Assembly (NCBI GenBank): GCA_944323655.1
Contig: CALUTL010000006.1
Span: forward strand, 19,950-83,949
Length of the DNA stretch: 64,000 nt
Reading direction: 5' to 3'
Origin: Candidatus Gastranaerophilales bacterium
GTDB lineage: Bacteria > Cyanobacteriota > Vampirovibrionia > Gastranaerophilales > Gastranaerophilaceae
In this document: positions 61,629 to 64,000 of the stretch, piece by piece
Position numbering within the stretch: the stretch's first letter is position 1
How the letters are laid out: every line of letters starts with the position of its first letter
Program-made: the position numbers and the translations under genes
The notes under the pieces: generated by a model
Told to the model about the DNA's origin: nothing
The model's input: only the letters and a program-made list of their open reading frames with translations
Databases searched by the model: none

Positions 61629-63491
61629 CTAAATACTTGTCGAAAGCGATGGTGCAATAGTTATAAATTGTCTGACTAAATCGCTGTCCCATTGAGTGCC
61701 TGCACCCATTTTAAGGATTTCGCAAGCCTTTTCAACACCTAACCCTTTTCTGTAAGGTCTGTCTGAAATAAGTGCGTGGAAAGCATCTGCAACCGATACG
61801 ATTCTTGCAGACAGCGGAATTTCTTCCCCTTTAAGCTTTTCGGGATAACCGCTTCCGTCAAAATGTTCGTGGTGATATTTAACCATCGGGATTAAATCTC
61901 TTAAAGCTTCGTTTGGCGCAAGCACTTTTTCTGCACCTATGACAGGGTGCTGTTTCATAATCTCCCACTCATCATCCGACAGGTGAGAAGGCTTTTTAAG
62001 TACGTTTTCGGGTATACCGATTTTGCCGACATCGTGTAATAATGCGCCAAGTTTTATGCGTTCAACTTCTTCTTCCGGAAGGTTAATCGCACGGGCAAGG
62101 GCTTCAGAGTACCTTGAAACTGATGTCGAATGACCTTTTGTATAAGGATCTTTCGCATCTATTGCGCCTGCAAGTGAGGTTACCATTTCCATTAAGTGAT
62201 TTTGAGAACTGATTTGTTCGTTGTTGAATTTGTGAACAAGTTCTTCTTCAAAGTTTATTCCGACTTGAGAATGTCTTTTGGCAAGAACCTCCGCAAACGA
62301 ATTTAAGCTGTCGTTGCTCCAGAAATTGTAGTCGCTGCTGCTTATAATTGCTGACATTCCTTCTTTGTAGCCTTTTGCTTGCGAAATGTACATCGCTTGT
62401 TCTGCCAGCACAAGAAGTTTTTCCTGATTTTCAGTGCATTCCGGATATGTCGAAATTCCGACGGAAACCTTTACCGGCCCGACATCATCCACAAAACAGC
62501 ACGAAAGCGTGTATGTTATGTATTCTGCCAAGTATTTGGCATCCGCAGTGTTTGTGTCAGGCAAGATTATCGCAATTTCATCCCCGCCGTATCGTCCTGC
62601 TTTATCGTTGCTTCTTATGTTTTGTTTAATCTTGTCCGCAAGAAGTCTTATAACTTCGTCGCCTTTAGCATGCCCGAGTTCTCGGTTAATTTTTGAAATG
62701 TTGTTCACATCCATCATTATTATGGAAAGATTGGTTTTGTTATCTTTTGCACGCTGAAGTTCTTTTGACAATACCTCCTGAAATCCCCTGTGATTATATA
62801 GAGAAGTCAGATTATCAGTATTGTCGTATTTGCTTGCTTTTTCTTTTAAATTTATATTATCAATGAACATCGCAGCGTAATTCGCTATAAATGAAAACAT
62901 TGAAGATTCAGCTTCTGTTACTTCCATTCCCGCAATCAAAACGCCAATGCAATGATCAATTGAAATTAAAGGCACTATGTATGAAGGCGAATCCTGAAGA
63001 TAAGGAATATTTAAAAATTTGTCATCTTCTCTTGTTATTACGGAAGCTTTTTTAAAACTTTCAACAACAGGATTGCTTTCGTCAGACATGAAAATCTTTG
63101 ACGAATAAGTGCTTCCGAATTTATTTTGAAGTTTAAGATTAATACAGTTGGATTTTTCGTGGAAAAGCCCGTAAGCCGTAAAAAGACAGTTTAATTTGTC
63201 GGTAAACAAATCATGCAATACTGTAAATAAATCTGATGCGGTATGTTTATTTTTTAAAGCAGTATTAAGTTCGTTTATTATACCCGCAATATCAGAAGAT
63301 TTTTTAGAAATTGTATTGCTTGCATAACCGCTGTAAAGCCTGTTATTTGTTTTTTGAGCGTTAATATTATTAATACGTGCAATAATTCCGCTGTCGGCAA
63401 TAGGATTTGAAACCCTGCTTTTCAGAGGATTCGAAGCCGCTGATTTCACCGCTTCCGTATTATTTTTATTTGCTTGCTTACTTTTTTCCAT
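61629..63491 (-). CDS. sensor-domain / GGDEF diguanylate cyclase / HD-GYP phosphodiesterase hybrid
   Basis: RYGGDEIAIIL (GGDEF) and HHEHFDGSGYP (HD-GYP). Confidence 0.9.
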   Translation of the reverse strand: MEKSKQANKNNTEAVKSAASNPLKSRVSNPIADSGIIARINNINAQKTNNRLYSGYASNTISKKSSDIAGIINELNTALKNKHTASDLFTVLHDLFTDKLNCLFTAYGLFHEKSNCINLKLQNKFGSTYSSKIFMSDESNPVVESFKKASVITREDDKFLNIPYLQDSPSYIVPLISIDHCIGVLIAGMEVTEAESSMFSFIANYAAMFIDNINLKEKASKYDNTDNLTSLYNHRGFQEVLSKELQRAKDNKTNLSIIMMDVNNISKINRELGHAKGDEVIRLLADKIKQNIRSNDKAGRYGGDEIAIILPDTNTADAKYLAEYITYTLSCCFVDDVGPVKVSVGISTYPECTENQEKLLVLAEQAMYISQAKGYKEGMSAIISSSDYNFWSNDSLNSFAEVLAKRHSQVGINFEEELVHKFNNEQISSQNHLMEMVTSLAGAIDAKDPYTKGHSTSVSRYSEALARAINLPEEEVERIKLGALLHDVGKIGIPENVLKKPSHLSDDEWEIMKQHPVIGAEKVLAPNEALRDLIPMVKYHHEHFDGSGYPEKLKGEEIPLSARIVSVADAFHALISDRPYRKGLGVEKACEILKMGAGTQWDSDLVRQFITIAPSLSTSI

Positions 63492-64000
63492 GACCTTCTA
63501 CAATTTGTTGTCTTTTTTAAAACCTGTGATTTTAAATTATTGCCTGATGTGGATATTAAATTAACATTCCTTAAAATTATTTTACTTTATATCTCTTCAA
63601 AAACAATACCCCATTCAGAGGGCAAAGCAAAACAATATATGTCGGATTAATTATAATTATCCAAATCTAAATGATAATGAAAATCCTTTCTTAACTACCA
63701 AAACCAAAATCACAAAATATCTTCTACTACATTAGTAGTATACATTAATTATTAAGCTTTGTCAACATGTTATAAAAATTAGTATTGTAATTTTTAAAGA
63801 CTTATGATAGTATCAAAATACTTTCGCAGGAAATTTGTCCTTTTATAATGCAGAAAGTAATGGTTTCTTAATTCAATATTTAAAGGTGATACATCATTAA
63901 TTTTTATTAAGAATGCAGGTTGAAAGACATTTTATTGCCTCTCGCCTCGGTTGTATCCCAAAAATCCGTAAATTTGAAATATTTTAACTTAATATCTTCA

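Overview
AT-rich bacterial chromosomal segment. The gene content (LdpA-like Fe-S protein, prepilin-type proteins, many Asn/Lys-rich hypotheticals) fits a non-photosynthetic cyanobacterial relative such as Melainabacteria, but that is only a guess. Positions 1-33.1 kb and 55.5-64 kb look like ordinary core and accessory metabolism: a pcrA/uvrD fragment, eno, a MATE pump, two tRNAs, a large LysM peptidoglycan hydrolase, pgi, an LplT-PlsC-Aas fusion, dnaB and a GGDEF/HD-GYP protein. Positions ~33.8-55.3 kb form a ~21.5 kb accessory island that ends ~190 bp from the 3' end of tRNA-Ile(GAU). It is bracketed by two imperfect same-orientation repeat units of ~175-220 bp built from TTGCACT/AGTGCAA heptamer arrays. 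The island carries hipBA, a FimB-sized tyrosine recombinase, a nine-gene translationally coupled type I R-M operon, an OLD/PARIS-like ATPase-Toprim protein, Mrr, and a Mu/Tn7-like transposition operon (primase-like, DDE transposase, AAA+ ATPase, two small proteins). The best candidate for an undescribed system is the set of non-R-M genes nested inside the type I R-M operon. These are a 141-aa ORF plus a Hanks-type Ser/Thr kinase between hsdM and hsdS, and a 316-aa unknown ORF between hsdS and hsdR, the position prrC occupies in E. coli. Other notable items are a GC-rich structured segment duplicated next to GAGTGCA sites, an in-frame REP-like hairpin pair inside the transposase gene, a tRNA-Ile 5'-half remnant, and a candidate type I toxin-antitoxin mini-locus at 2.2 kb. 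No CRISPR array, rRNA or phage structural genes were seen. All protein family calls come from motif recognition by eye, not from database searches.
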